Source: Antedon mediterranea (Eukaryota > Animalia > Echinodermata). From it: 64,000 nucleotides of DNA. Positions 25,572 through 38,500 of the stretch are shown here, piece by piece. The notes beneath the pieces were generated by a model, which saw only the letters and a program-made list of their open reading frames with translations, made no database searches and had not been told where the DNA came from. Position 1 is the first letter of the stretch. The number at the start of each line of letters is the position of its first letter. Where the stretch lies: the NCBI RefSeq assembly GCF_964355755.1, contig NC_092678.1, forward strand, positions 3,984,422 through 4,048,421, given 5' to 3'. The translations under genes were made by a program, and so were the position numbers.

Positions 25572-25655
25572 TTCTGTGACCCCTGCCCTTTCGCACATGA
25601 ATCGTATGTATTTTTTTAACCCGATCGTATTGGATCCCCGTCACACATTTATAAA

Positions 25656-28600
25656 ATGGCCTTACCTTTAAAAGTGGGGCATTTCGTGCAAATTTCATCT
25701 ATAGATAATAATGGTTAGTTAATATATATAGCCTACAAGGCATATCTAGGCCTAGGTTGTAGTAATTTTTTCATTAAATTACATTTACACGCGTGAACAT
25801 CCCAACCAACCAACTCAACCAGACCGTTGATGTATAGGCCTAGCTAGGCCTTAGTTTAGGCTAAAAAGGCCTAGAGATCTAGCGTCAGCCGAGTCTAGCT
25901 TGGCCTAGCTAGAAGGCCTATATAAGACTCCCTAGCTAGGCCTGGTTTAGTAGGATATGCCTAGCTACTATTAGCTAGGCTTTTTAGCTAGCCCTATTCA
26001 AGATAGCTAGGCCTAGGCTACCCTATTTTATCGGTCTTTTTAATGCTAATGATGCACCTCCACACCACACAGTGCAGTCTCTCGACTCGAGCTTAACACA
26101 ATTTAAAAACATTCACCCACTGCCGCCTGGGCCAAAGTTGCGAAAGTACAGTAGCGCTGTTCTTTTTTGTCAAATAAGTTCAGTATTAAATATGATTAAT
26201 AATTATTATTTTACATTTGACAATAAATATATAATAAAGAGATAGTCTAGCTAGGCCTAATTGGATAAAAATAAAGAAATTTTCTATTTATCAAGACTAC
26301 CAAAATTAATTTGAGCAAGTTCAGAACTCTATTTATTGAGAACTCGTAATTTTATTGTTTTAATTTTTATACACGCAGGTTATACAGAAGAAAAGCAACC
26401 ATACCCCCGAAGTGGACACTGCTGCGTTGCCAATAGCGGACATCTTATAGTTTATGGCGGCTACCACCCTGAATATCAATACTCATTTGAAGAGGATGAA
26501 GATGATGATGTCTCATCACTTTTTATATATAACAAAGTCTTTAAAGAAGTAAGAGAACTTCATGGCACAAGAAACAACTTCAAAAAATAGTTATTAAATT
26601 ATTTTTGTAAAAAAGACACAGAATAGCCAAGACTTAAAGATTACGTTTCACATACAAATTAAACAGAAAACCATAAAGAATTTGTCAACCAAATGTTGGT
26701 TTTACAATAAACAATAAATGATGCTTTGATGTACAATGCTACCATACTGAAGTTGCTGGAACATTTTTCACTAAAGGTTTGGGACAAGAGCCCACACTGT
26801 TTTTTTAGATGTGCGTATATTTGAAAATATTATTTATACTGTATAATTTATATTGCATTCCAGCTGTGGTGTTTTAATCTAACAACATGTGAATGGCAGG
26901 AAGTTGATACCAGGGGTCAACCACCGGCTGAAACAGCATCTATGTCCAGTAAGTTATTATTTTTTATCTTAGATTCAGTACTTTAATTTTACTAAGGTTG
27001 AACGTTCATTTTTGCCATTTCTATATGTTAAAACAAAAGAGAGAAATTAAATTTGTTGTTTGGTTTGTTTTTAGTGGTGTTGTCGGGCCAAACCTTGTTA
27101 CTTTTTGGTGGTACAGGATTTCCATGGGGTAAAAGAAGCAATGATAAAATACATATGTTAAATATGAAGAAACAAGAATGGGATATCTTGAAGTGTTCTG
27201 GAGATTTTCCACCTGGAAAATATGGCCAGGTAAGGCAGATAATGATAGAGTGTAAAGGCTCAATTTAGCACTATTCAAACTTAAAATGTGTAAGTGAAAA
27301 TACTCTTGACAAACCCTTGCATCCTCATGGTCAAGGGAAAACATCTTCTACTTAGGTCAAGTACGTCAAAAAAAAAATGTAAGTAAAATGACCATATCAT
27401 ACTAGTCAACTAGACTTACAAAAAGTCACACTAAATTCTTGTGCTGTGTGAATATCAAACATATTGATTATGATAGTTTTTCACATTTAAAAACTGCTAA
27501 AATTTCTGTTTATCTTTTTAGGCCATGTGTTTACATCAAGGAAGCGTTTACATATTTGGAGGATGCCGCCAAGTTTGTCCGGGGGAATTTCATTTCAACT
27601 CCGAACTTCATGAACTTAATCTCAGTAGAAAAACGTGGAAGAAGTTACATGAGAACTTGCCAAATGATTTTTCAGAGGACTCTCTTTGCCGCGGGATGTA
27701 TAGGCATTCCATTGCTATTCATAGTAATAAAATGTTTGTTATAGGCAGCAGTTGGCATGAATTAAAGTATAAACCACATTTTTTGAACATGGTAAGGAGT
27801 AGTACTTGTAGTTATACTATGACAGGATTGTCAGTTTGGTCATAGTGATAGTTTGCGCATCTACAACAATTTGAAAATCAGGAATGGAGATTTATTAGCG
27901 TATATGCATATGTTTTAGTTTAATAATAAATTAGAATATTTCCTAATCATTTTACAAATACATCAAATTATCATTTTATTGTTATAGTAACAAAGTGTAA
28001 TTTCCCAAAACATGTAACTTAAAAAGTTGCAGTCTTTTCCAGCCTAGGCCGGCCAATATGAACTGGTTTTGGCCACCTTTTCAAATGGTCTTAAATTGTT
28101 ATGACTGTAAACTTCCTAAAAACACATTGATAAATAAGATATTTATATGTTTCTTCATGATTGTAAACTAGGTTCATGTTTATGATCTGGAAACTAGGAA
28201 ATGGGAGTATACAACAACGAAAGCTTCTAGATCATTTGATCATCCATATCCAAAGAGGAGAGTATACCATAGTTGCTGTCACTGGAAAAACAGTAAATAC
28301 ATTTTATGTTCCTACTTGACATGCATGCACAAATATACATAAAATAACTATTTAATAACAGTATTCAAACTGAGTAGAAGATTTACGTATACTGCTCCAA
28401 ATAGTATGTGGTCATCTCCATTGTGATCACCTTCATTGTGGTCATCTTCACTATGATTATCTTCATTTTCGTCATCTTCATTGTGATCGTGTGTATCTGC
28501 ATTTCCTCAGTTTCAGCTTAGGAACTTGCAAATTCACATAATTCACAGATTAAATACTGATATAATAAAGTGGTTTAAAAAAAATTGCAAAATCAAATTA

Positions 28601-29366
28601 TTAACAAGAAATGTACTTTGTTATTATTTGCAGATATATACATGTGTGGTGGTCATAATAGTAGCTATATATATGATGATTTGTGGCGATTGAATCTAGA
28701 GACATTACAGTGGTCTAAGCTTTCTGCAACAATGCCTGTTCCAACTTTCTTTCACACAGCAGCTGTTACACCTGTAAGTCAATTAAAATATTTCCTAACC
28801 AGTCTATCTCAATAGAACAACTTTCTCACACAAAAATAACTGGTCTGTGGTCAGACTTTAATAATCAATTTCTACTGTATATACTTACAAAGTGTAATAA
28901 TTTAAAATCTGTATGTTTGAATCAAGTATAAGTTAAAACTGGTTCTCTAAGTATTGTCTTTGAATAGGCATTGATTCTGTTTCATTTAAGCTCATTCATA
29001 CTGGTAATTTTCTGTGACTCCCAGCCACATCTACAACTGTTCACTGTTTTTATTTGAGCAATGCTAGTAGAACATTACGAGGTGTTTGTGATTCACCAGT
29101 TTATAAATGGAAATAAAAAAACTTCTTTTTTAAACTTTTTTTTGACATAGGCTGGTTGTATGTACTTATATGGTGGTGTGACATCACTGTCAGAGCGAGC
29201 CAGAACGTCAGCCATATTTAGGATCTGGTTAGATGTACCCAGTCTGCTGGAGATCTCATGGAATTACCTGCATCAACTCTTTCCTCATTTACGTAAGCTC
29301 TCAGATACACAGTTATTTACCCTTGGTATACCATCACTTCTGTTAGACCGATTGAAACCATACTAA
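25656..29366 (+). CDS. KLHDC10: Kelch domain-containing protein 10 (CRL2 substrate receptor), 8 exons, ~404 aa
   Basis: Exons: 25656-25713, 26379-26548, 26864-26948, 27075-27229, 27522-27791, 28172-28292, 28634-28773, 29151-29366. Phases are consistent (1215 nt). Motifs: PYPRSGHCCVA..LIVYGGYHP, ASMS, LFGGTGFPWG, GKYGQAM, FFHTAAVTPAGCMYLYGG. C-terminal BC-box-like VPSLLEISW and Cul2-box-like LGIPSLLLDRL. Confidence 0.93.
28408..28490. repeat. Degenerate 15-bp tandem repeat in KLHDC10 intron 6
   Basis: About 5 gtggtcatcttcatt-like units. Confidence 0.7.
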
Positions 29367-30694
29367 GTTTTCATTGAAGTATATTATTTTTTATCTTGTA
29401 CATAAATAATTGATGTTTGTTGTGGTTTTTAAAACTACATTAGGCTTTTATACACATGGCCCTTGCATATTATGTATCAATTGAAAGTTTATACAGTTTT
29501 CCACAATTTAGCAATATACATTTTATTGAAAAACTTTTTGCATAAACTTTCCCAACAAAAGTTGTTAGAATACCATAAATTATTTTCATCAAATAACAAT
29601 AGTTTATAAAACATTTGAAGCAATTACACATATTTTTTGAATCATTATGAGAAATCCAAATTCATGGAATTGAAAGTAAAAACAGTATGTAGAATCGTGA
29701 CTGTTCAAAATTGTTGTTTATTTCACTTTTGCAATCACAATTTTTAATTTCTAATCATATTATGAAACGCCACTATACTAGAATGTTATTAACAATATCT
29801 ACTTCATAATCAGAATTCCAGTAGGTGCTGTATGTTGATTTCCATCATGCATAAAAATCTAGCTGTTTGAAGGATTATATTGCACCATTTTATATTTATA
29901 ATATCATTTTCAATATCAAAAACTTGCATAATATATTTAAATATTTAAAATTATTTAAATAATAAATGAAGTAATATATTTATATTATATTTTAATTTAG
30001 TTTTTTTAACACATTGTGTGTGATGAGTAGCAACTATATTTGTATATATATTTTAAAGTTGAAAAATAGAAGAAAATAGAAAAGAACGGAGTTACTTTAA
30101 TAAATGGATTGATGATACTAAAGAAAAACTTTGTTTATAAGAGTTGTTTTGTTTCCTCTCTAGAACAAACAAATCACTCACTTGAAGAGCATAATTAAAA
30201 GAGGTCGGTCTCTCTTGATGTTTCTACAGATTCATATTTTTTTTCGGCAAAAATATCTCTTTCGAATATTTCAAAAAATGATTTATGCACATCAATTTTT
30301 TTACTTTAAAAAACTATTAATAAAACAATACAGGTTTTTTTCATTTTGTTTTTCCATTTGAAGTTGTTAATTAAATATTAGTAAAATGTAATTGTTTAAT
30401 ATACAAACATTGTTTTGTTGATTAAGTCCAAATATTTTAATTATTGAACAATATTTGACCACTCAACTGCAAATACTGTTTAACATTGACCTGAGAGCAT
30501 TGTTGACACTAGAACTATGTCCTTGATCAAGTCCACTAAATTGCCTTAGGGAAGGTTCACATTGTAGCAATGCTAATTACTTTGTGCAGAATCAGTACAC
30601 AAACAACTTATCTTCAAATTGTAACCCTGCTTCAAATGTCAACAACTAAAAATACTAAATGTCAAGTTAATTAATATATAGATTTGTATTTTCT

Positions 30695-31080
30695 GCAGAG
30701 CTACGTATTACCATTATCAATTCCACACGCATTACAGAGAGCAGAGCTATAAACGTATTACCATTATCAATTCCACACGCAATACAGAGAGCAGAGCTAT
30801 AAACGTATTACCATTATCAATTCCACACGCAATACAGAGAGCAGAGCTATAAACGTATTACCATTATCAATTGCACAAGCAATACAGAGCAGAGCTATAA
30901 ACGTATTACCATTATCAATTCCACACGCAATACAGAGAGCAGAGCTATAAAACGTATTACCATTATCAATTCCACACGCAATACAGAGAGCAGAGCTATA
31001 AACGTATTACCATTATAAATTCCACACGCAATACAGAGCAGATCTATAAACGTATTACCATTATCAATTCCACATGCAAT
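30695..31080. repeat. ~50-bp minisatellite, about 8 copies
   Basis: Unit is cagagctataaacgtattaccattatcaattccacacgcaatacagagag. The core ccattat recurs at 30711, 30761, 30811, 30861, 30909, 30960, 31010 and 31058. Confidence 0.97.
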
Positions 31081-31282
31081 AGTTATATTCTTCAGATACG
31101 CAGATTTTTATATTTATCTTATTTATATATTTTTATTATATATTTTTTCCTCACTCCTGAGGACGATCAAAGCATATTGATCGGAACGTTGAGAAACTCA
31201 TGTTCTTTTTAGAACTAATACATGTGGTGTACCGCAAACTTAAATCAACAATACTAATTGTACTAGAATCTTGTAGAAAAGT

Positions 31283-31456
31283 ATAGCATAGATGTGCATA
31301 AAATAGATTCATATAGCATAGATGTGCACAGAATAGATTCATATAGCATAGATGTGCATAGAATAGATTCAAATAGCATAGATGTGCATAGAATAGATTC
31401 ATATAGCATAGATGTGCATAGAATAGATTTATATAGCATAGATGTGCATAGAATAG
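31283..31456. repeat. 30-bp minisatellite, about 6 copies
   Basis: Unit is atatagcatagatgtgcatagaatagattc. It explains the spurious repetitive ORFs at 31151-31522. Confidence 0.97.
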
Positions 31457-32037
31457 TTTCAAATAGATGCCTATAATAGAGCCTAGTAATTGCTTCAGTA
31501 ATTTCTCAATCGTTCCTGACAAGTTGATTTAAGTACGCTTTGTAGTCAATTAGGAGCCTGTCAGCCTGTAACCTATAGATCTTAATCAATATAGTGATTA
31601 TCATACAAGCATTAAGCATTGAAAATATTTATCAAATAGGTTTCCTTGTCATGTGATGCTGCCTTCACTTGGGGATACTGAGAAATGCGTATGTGTAGGC
31701 ACGCCATCTTAATTTAATATTCAATCTATTAGCTTCTCATCATCAGAAATGTTAATATTTTATATTACAGTATCTCAATTCCTTTAGGATGACATAAATG
31801 TTGATGATGTTATCTCAGGAGGCAATAATACACTTCTGCTCTTATAATGAAATTTCATTAGACTAGACTTTTTAAATCATCAATTTTGTGTAATAAACAC
31901 ATATTTGATTAAGACAATTCTGCACTGGAAATTGTTTCTCCTTTTTAAAATTTAGAAAACAAAATATTTATATATTAATTTTTAATTACAGAATACAAGA
32001 GACATTTTTTAATCTATTATTTTTTTTAACTGTTTCA

Positions 32038-32720
32038 TTTACCTCCGCCAAGGAGGTATATGTAATCGGTAGCGTGTGTTTGTTTGTTTGTTTGTTAGCA
32101 GGATTATTCAAAAAGTAATTACAAGATCTTTACCAAAATAAATATACAGATAGATATGTGGTCAAGACCATTCCATTAAATTTTGGGACCATTTGGGACC
32201 ATGGTCCAAATTCTGGACCACTTTTTGAGTATACTTTTCAGACCTGCTAGTGTTTAAAGATAGGACAGAATTTTTCAAAAGCCGGCGAGCAGTCCTAAAG
32301 TAACAAGTAAACTAAAATTGCATTTTCTCGAGAACTACTTGTCCAAAAAACTTCATTTTTGTACAAGAGGCAAGAGTTATAATTTGTGATTTGTAATTTT
32401 AAAACATAATTTGATTTTAAATGCACATGCATGTTTTTTGATGTGAGTAGTTTAAAAAACTATTTCTGTTCAAATTCACTCGTTTGATTTTCGCGTTGCT
32501 GTTCTATTGTTAGTCATCTAAAGCTATTGTTAATTGAAAGGCTTGTTACATAACCATTACACCAAACTCGCATACACATGCTTGTAGTGAAATTAGCCTA
32601 AATCACAAACAGCATTAAGACACACACAAATATATGTATATTTTTTTTTTACCGGCGAAATCTTATGTATGAGAATTTTACAGTAGGCGAAGGTATGCAC
32701 TCTTGGAGTGGCTTTCTAGT
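32038..32720 (+). mobile_element. Helentron-associated (HINE/DINE-1-like) non-autonomous element
   Basis: 5' tttACCTCCGCCaaggaggt palindrome, then a (GTTT)n microsatellite. The 3' subterminal inverted copy GGCGAAGGT is at 32686, followed by the stem-loop CACTC-ttg-GAGTG and the terminus ctagtt. Confidence 0.75.
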
Positions 32721-35599
32721 TATTGTATTGTTATGATGGTTGCTAATGATCAGCTTGGATAGGTCACCCTCATAAAATATTGTTGAAAGAAATAAATTAG
32801 TACAACAGATAAACCAAACAAACAATGAATGCTATTAAATGTGATTGAATCTTTATTTTGGAAACATTTGTCGATAGTAAACACAGCCTTTCCACAATAC
32901 ATTAAAAAAAAGATTTTATACCATGATGATGCAAATAAAACTTTGCAGTTTACATGGAAAATAATAATAACATGCATTTGTTGTTTTATTTCAGAAACAA
33001 TGTGTACATATAACACACATATCCATCATTAATAAATCAAAAATAATTTGGATAATAAAATACATCAAATATTACTTAAGTAATTCCATGTGTAATTCAT
33101 AAAGAAATATCTATAATAATTAAACTTCAAATTTAAGACGTCATAACCAAAGACAAAAAAAAATATTATTCAATTTAATCGAATATTTTATTCATGAAAG
33201 GACTCTAAAAGAAAACAAATAAATAAATTTAATAAATTCTTAATACCATAATAATGTTAAATACGGTAGACACCACAACATATTTAAATATTTAGTACTA
33301 AAAGCAAGTAAATTATCATTTTATTAGTACAGGCAATGTGGAAAAAAATATCGTCAAAATGACAGGAATTGTTTAAACAAGACATAATTTTGATTTATTA
33401 CATAAATGATTTTGAGCTGCAAGAATGTTATTGTTTAGTACACGACGGCCTGTGGCAGTATGCATGTTGAATAACGTCTAAATTACCGCCATTTTGAAAA
33501 TTATGATACATGGGTATAGATAACCTATTTCAACAGCCATTAAAAGCCAGCAATAACATGCAATAATCTTCAATTTATTTGTCATTAAAAATTCACTTTC
33601 ACATTCCTATTGCAAGTTTCTAAATTTTTGTAAAAAACATTGTTTCCCTTTACTCAAACTTTATTGCAAACAAACCCTTATTTAATTATAAATTAAAAAT
33701 ATATATAATATGTAAAAGGATAACCAAAATATCATATTTAATTCTCATCTCATTCACTTCTACCGTGGCCAGAATAAAACAAAATGAAGCGTAGTGATAT
33801 CATTAAAAATAGGAGGTTATAACTCTAATATAATAATAATAATAAATTTAAAAAACCGATATCTCATATTTAAAAAATCACTTTTGTTGTATTAACTACA
33901 GATGATAGCATGGCAAGAGTTGTTAATGGCATGTAAATCAAATTAAAATCAATAAAACACCACAGATATTCTGATCAATAATGCATGATGGGATATCAGT
34001 TAAAAGACATGCCTAACAGCTCAAATTCAATGGAATGCTGCATCTGTTAAAACAAAATTATTCAAAAGTCACTGAATGTATGTTTTAATATCGCCAAAAT
34101 TAGTCGCATATAGATTATACAAAAATTCAATAATTGGTCAGATGTTTTTGCTGTAATCTGATGTATTTACACTCACAGAACCACTGAGTGGAACTTAAAC
34201 GCATGATATCATCAATTCAAAAATTAAATTATATCTAATAATAAAGTACTTTATCATTTTATGTTCAACAAATTCTATAAACTATTCATAAATATTTTGT
34301 AATAAATTAATTAAATTAGCTACGTACAAGGTATAATATAAATACACAAGATAATGTAAAAGACATGAGTTCTGTACATTATAAATACTACAAACAACAA
34401 ACATTTTATTAAAACATTTAACTTCACTTTTAGCATTTTTGTGGCAGTGACAATGAGAACAGAAGCAGTTGAAGCAGCAGGCACAAATTACAACAGTGTT
34501 TGTTTATTTACAAATTAAGACTGTCAAAGTTTTACTTGAGTGTCTTAATAAGGGTGTATTATAAAAACAACTATCTTATTTCATTATGAAAGGTACATCA
34601 CATCACCTTTCTAAACTCTAGGAGTCATTCTTTATAAAGCGAGATTTTTTGTTTGTTTTTGTTAATAATTTTTAAAATGACATACATATTGTATCTAGGG
34701 AAAGTTTGGAGAGTGATGGGTTTACTTTCAGACATGAGAAAGAAATGCTAGGAATACATCAAAATTGAGATTGAGATTAAATAATTTGTAGCATTTTAAA
34801 TGCATTTAAAAGGAAGGATATGTTTATCTTTGGTGTTTTAGGGGTCTGAAGTGTTGTCTAATAATAATGTCTAGGTAAATTATAACATTCAAAATTGTTT
34901 CTTTTTACTATGGACACTTCTAGTTCATTTTTCAGTGTAAATTCTGCATTCACCCTCAATTAGTCACCATCAATTTTAGTCCACAATAAGTTTGAGAAAT
35001 TCTGTTTCCATCCGGAAAAAGGGGGAAATGTTTCTTCAAGGAATGCTGCTACCTACCAACCTACTGGTTGCTGATTATCTTTTCCGTACCCATAAGGATA
35101 TACAATAGTCATCGTTTAACGGTACTGTGCAAATTGTCGTGGCCGAGAAGCAAAAGAGTTGTCTCAACTGTGACTACTCTCTGTTTCTTTACCAAGTCAT
35201 GTTTTTTGACATATTCTTCCTACTATCTATTACCTAAATCCTGATTTTACTGTTTGTTTTTCTCCAATAATTTCTGCAATTTCTTTTTCATTCATTTTTT
35301 ATGCATAGTTATTTTTGTACACACTTGTGAAATTTACCTTTTCTAACTACTCAATCTTTGATTAAAACTGCCTACATCATCTGTATGATGTTAATTATAC
35401 TTCATTCTGCAATTTTTAAATTAATTTTCTTCTGGTCTAATTACTTTAAAACACTTAACAATTCTTTCCTGGCATTTTATCACACTTTCAAATTATGTTA
35501 TTAAACATAGTAACACATTCATAAGAAACCCTTTATTAAAACCTGTTCATACAGCTGTCACGCCTCAGTGAACAGCTATAGCTCTTCTATCCGTTCTCT

Positions 35600-38500
35600 T
35601 CATGCTCCCATCTGCGTGTTCAGACCAAATGCGCCGATAAACACATTTATTATTAGAATGAGAAAAATAAGAGCAGTTGCCCAATTGTTGAGTTTATCAA
35701 GACGTCTCTGATGGTACATGTTGTTGAGATTGTCACGGCCAAGAAGTAAAAGAATTACGCCGACTGCGATTTGCAGGATGAATGAAAGAATCAACATCGT
35801 CATAACAAAACCGTAGAAATGATATGATGGGCCTTGAATTATCAAGACTTTAAACTGCGATGCATTGGCCAGTAGTAGAGATACGTCCAGTAAGCCCTCT
35901 GCAATTGTCTTCTTTGTAGCATAGGCATTGTAATCAATTGGGCGGGGCTGGGGGTTCTACAAAAACAAAAAAAAGACATATTAATTTAAAATAATCAAAT
36001 TTGTTGAAAATAGTAAATATTTATATATAGTGTTTTCTCAAAATGTATCAAAGCATCAGCTTAACAGAATTATGAAAACCTGGAAAAGGAAAGATATGCA
36101 CAGAAATAAAAGAAACATATTATTGTGGGAATGGGCATTTTCTAATTGACATGACATTACCCATCATACATAAAAACCAGTAAACAAGTGTCATCATTCG
36201 GTTTGTCCTTGAAATTGTTGCAGTTCATTGTTTGTGAAATCAATATTTTTTATAGTTAACAAACAATTTAAATTCTATAACAAAATCTATTGCTATACAA
36301 ATATATGTTAGATAGTAGACTACTACGAGACAGAAAAACCATGTAAAATCTCCCTCCACCAACCCTATATTGTAATCCAGGGGGTTGCGATTGGAGCTCC
36401 TCCTAAAAAAATGAAATTATAACTATTCTATTTTGGATCTTCCCCCTACTACACCTCCCACCCCCTGCCCCAACAAAAATAAACCAAAATGAACAGCTAC
36501 GCTACTGTACTTTAGTTCACTTTATCAATATGCGAAACAACCAATTTTAACTACAGTAGGGTAGATAATTTTTGGAAAAAAATAGAAAAATACCTCCATT
36601 GTGTTTGGAAAGGAAGAAAATGCATCAACCAGCCTTTCATAAAACACCATGGTTTTTACCGTAGTTCAGATACTAACAGAAATAATCCATCAATCTCAGG
36701 TACTAAGTTCCTGATTACAACACACCAGATCAATTAATAATGCAGTAACCAATCAAGACATTTATCAACAAACCCACAAATTGAATCAGCATGGTGAAAG
36801 GAATTATGGAGAATACTTATTTCTCCATGATGAAATTAATTAACAGACAATGCAGGTGAAAAAATGAAACGAAGCAAGCATAACAGGGGAACAAACAGTG
36901 GCGTACTTAATGAGATCCCATTTGTAGATGGTCCAGCGATTTAACGAATCTGATAAACTAATTTCTTTATTCTTAATCAGACAGCTTAAGGAACTAGAGA
37001 CTTGTGAACAGTGGTACATTATTGGTGGTTGGGTAATCCCTTGTCCTGTGGTATGTAATTAAACCTGTTTGCGTAGCGTGGGTTGCGGTGAGTGGCAAAA
37101 TATTAAAATGATCTGATCTTGTAAATAATAATAATAATAATAATACCAGATTTATATAGCGCCCTTTTCATGAGTAATCATGCTCAAAGGCGCTTTACAA
37201 GCATTATTACACCAGTATTTTTTGGGATCAAACACGTATGGAAACATACTCCCATAATGCAGCCGGTAACCAGCGCAGTTGTGTCTAGATCTAACTGGGT
37301 ACCCATTTATACACCTGGGTGGAGAGAGGCAACGTAAGTAAAGTATCTTGCCTACGGATACAAGCAATGCGGCGAGAGTTGGATTCGAACCTAGGTCTGA
37401 CGATCGGTAGTCCAACGTCCAACACACTGCGCCACATGCCCTCCACAAACAAATGTTTCTTCAGCATGTTTCATTTTCATCAAGGATTTCCTAACATTTT
37501 CATTAAAAAAAAATTATAATAAAGAAGAGGATAACCACAACCAACAACCAAAAGGTTCTGAGTTCAAATCTTGGTTATTTCTGCTTTTTCTCATTCTCAC
37601 AGATTTTCACATCTTTATCATTTCTAAATTAATAAATATTCTTTATATATCAACTGGGGTTTAGAATTTGTTCTGTGTTAATATATATATATATATATAT
37701 ATATAAAGTTTGTATCTCCATTGAAATCCAGCCACTGATACCCACAGCATTGTAATTTTTTCAGTAATTTGCCTTTGGATTTATACTGTATATAAATTGA
37801 CAGGCACATGTTATTAAGGGCAATAATATTATTGCACTGATTTCAATAAACAAATTAACCAATTTAATTTTTCTATATATTTTTGTTTATATATATTAAT
37901 GTTCAGGTAATAATTTAATGCATGTTGATGATGTGCATAATACTAGTAAATGACAAATTAAATTAAACATTTTTTTTTCTAATAAACAACTTAAAATAGA
38001 AGCTCATAACCATAATATTAATGTGGAAATAAATGTCACAAATTTCAACAAATCCTCAGATTCTACAAAAAATACACGAAAACACCTGAAAATCTTATTT
38101 ATGAAAACACATGCTAAAAATATCTAAAGAAAATGCAATTAACCTAATTTGAGTTGCATGCATTATCTTTGAATCAACTAAATAATTCAAATCAAATAAA
38201 AAAGCCATCAAGAACGACTGAATCCATCAGTACAATCATCCGGAATAAACACGATGACAGATGGTCCGACGGAATTGAAGAAACATCTTAGATATAAAGC
38301 ACGTCAAATCCAAATCAGCAGAGCCATGGTGCATGCTCAGTTTTCAATTCGAAAAATTTAACTTGTTTTTTATGCAAAATACGTTACCTCCATGCAGGCT
38401 TCAAATATGTTGGATAGTGAACTGTGAGCATTAAGTGACATGAGTCCACTCCTCTTTTAAAAAAAAACCTCAGGTGTTGTTCCCCGTCAATCCTAATGCA

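Noticed and set aside
30695-31080. Regularly spaced repeats that might suggest a CRISPR array
   Set aside because: The units are contiguous and nearly identical with no unique spacers. The context is eukaryotic and there are no cas genes.
31151-31522. 123-aa and 60-aa repetitive ORFs
   Set aside because: They are translations of the 30-bp minisatellite.
37152-37448. 98-aa ORF and tRNA-like boxes
   Set aside because: They are part of a tRNA-derived SINE. No complete cloverleaf is evident, so it is not called a tRNA gene.
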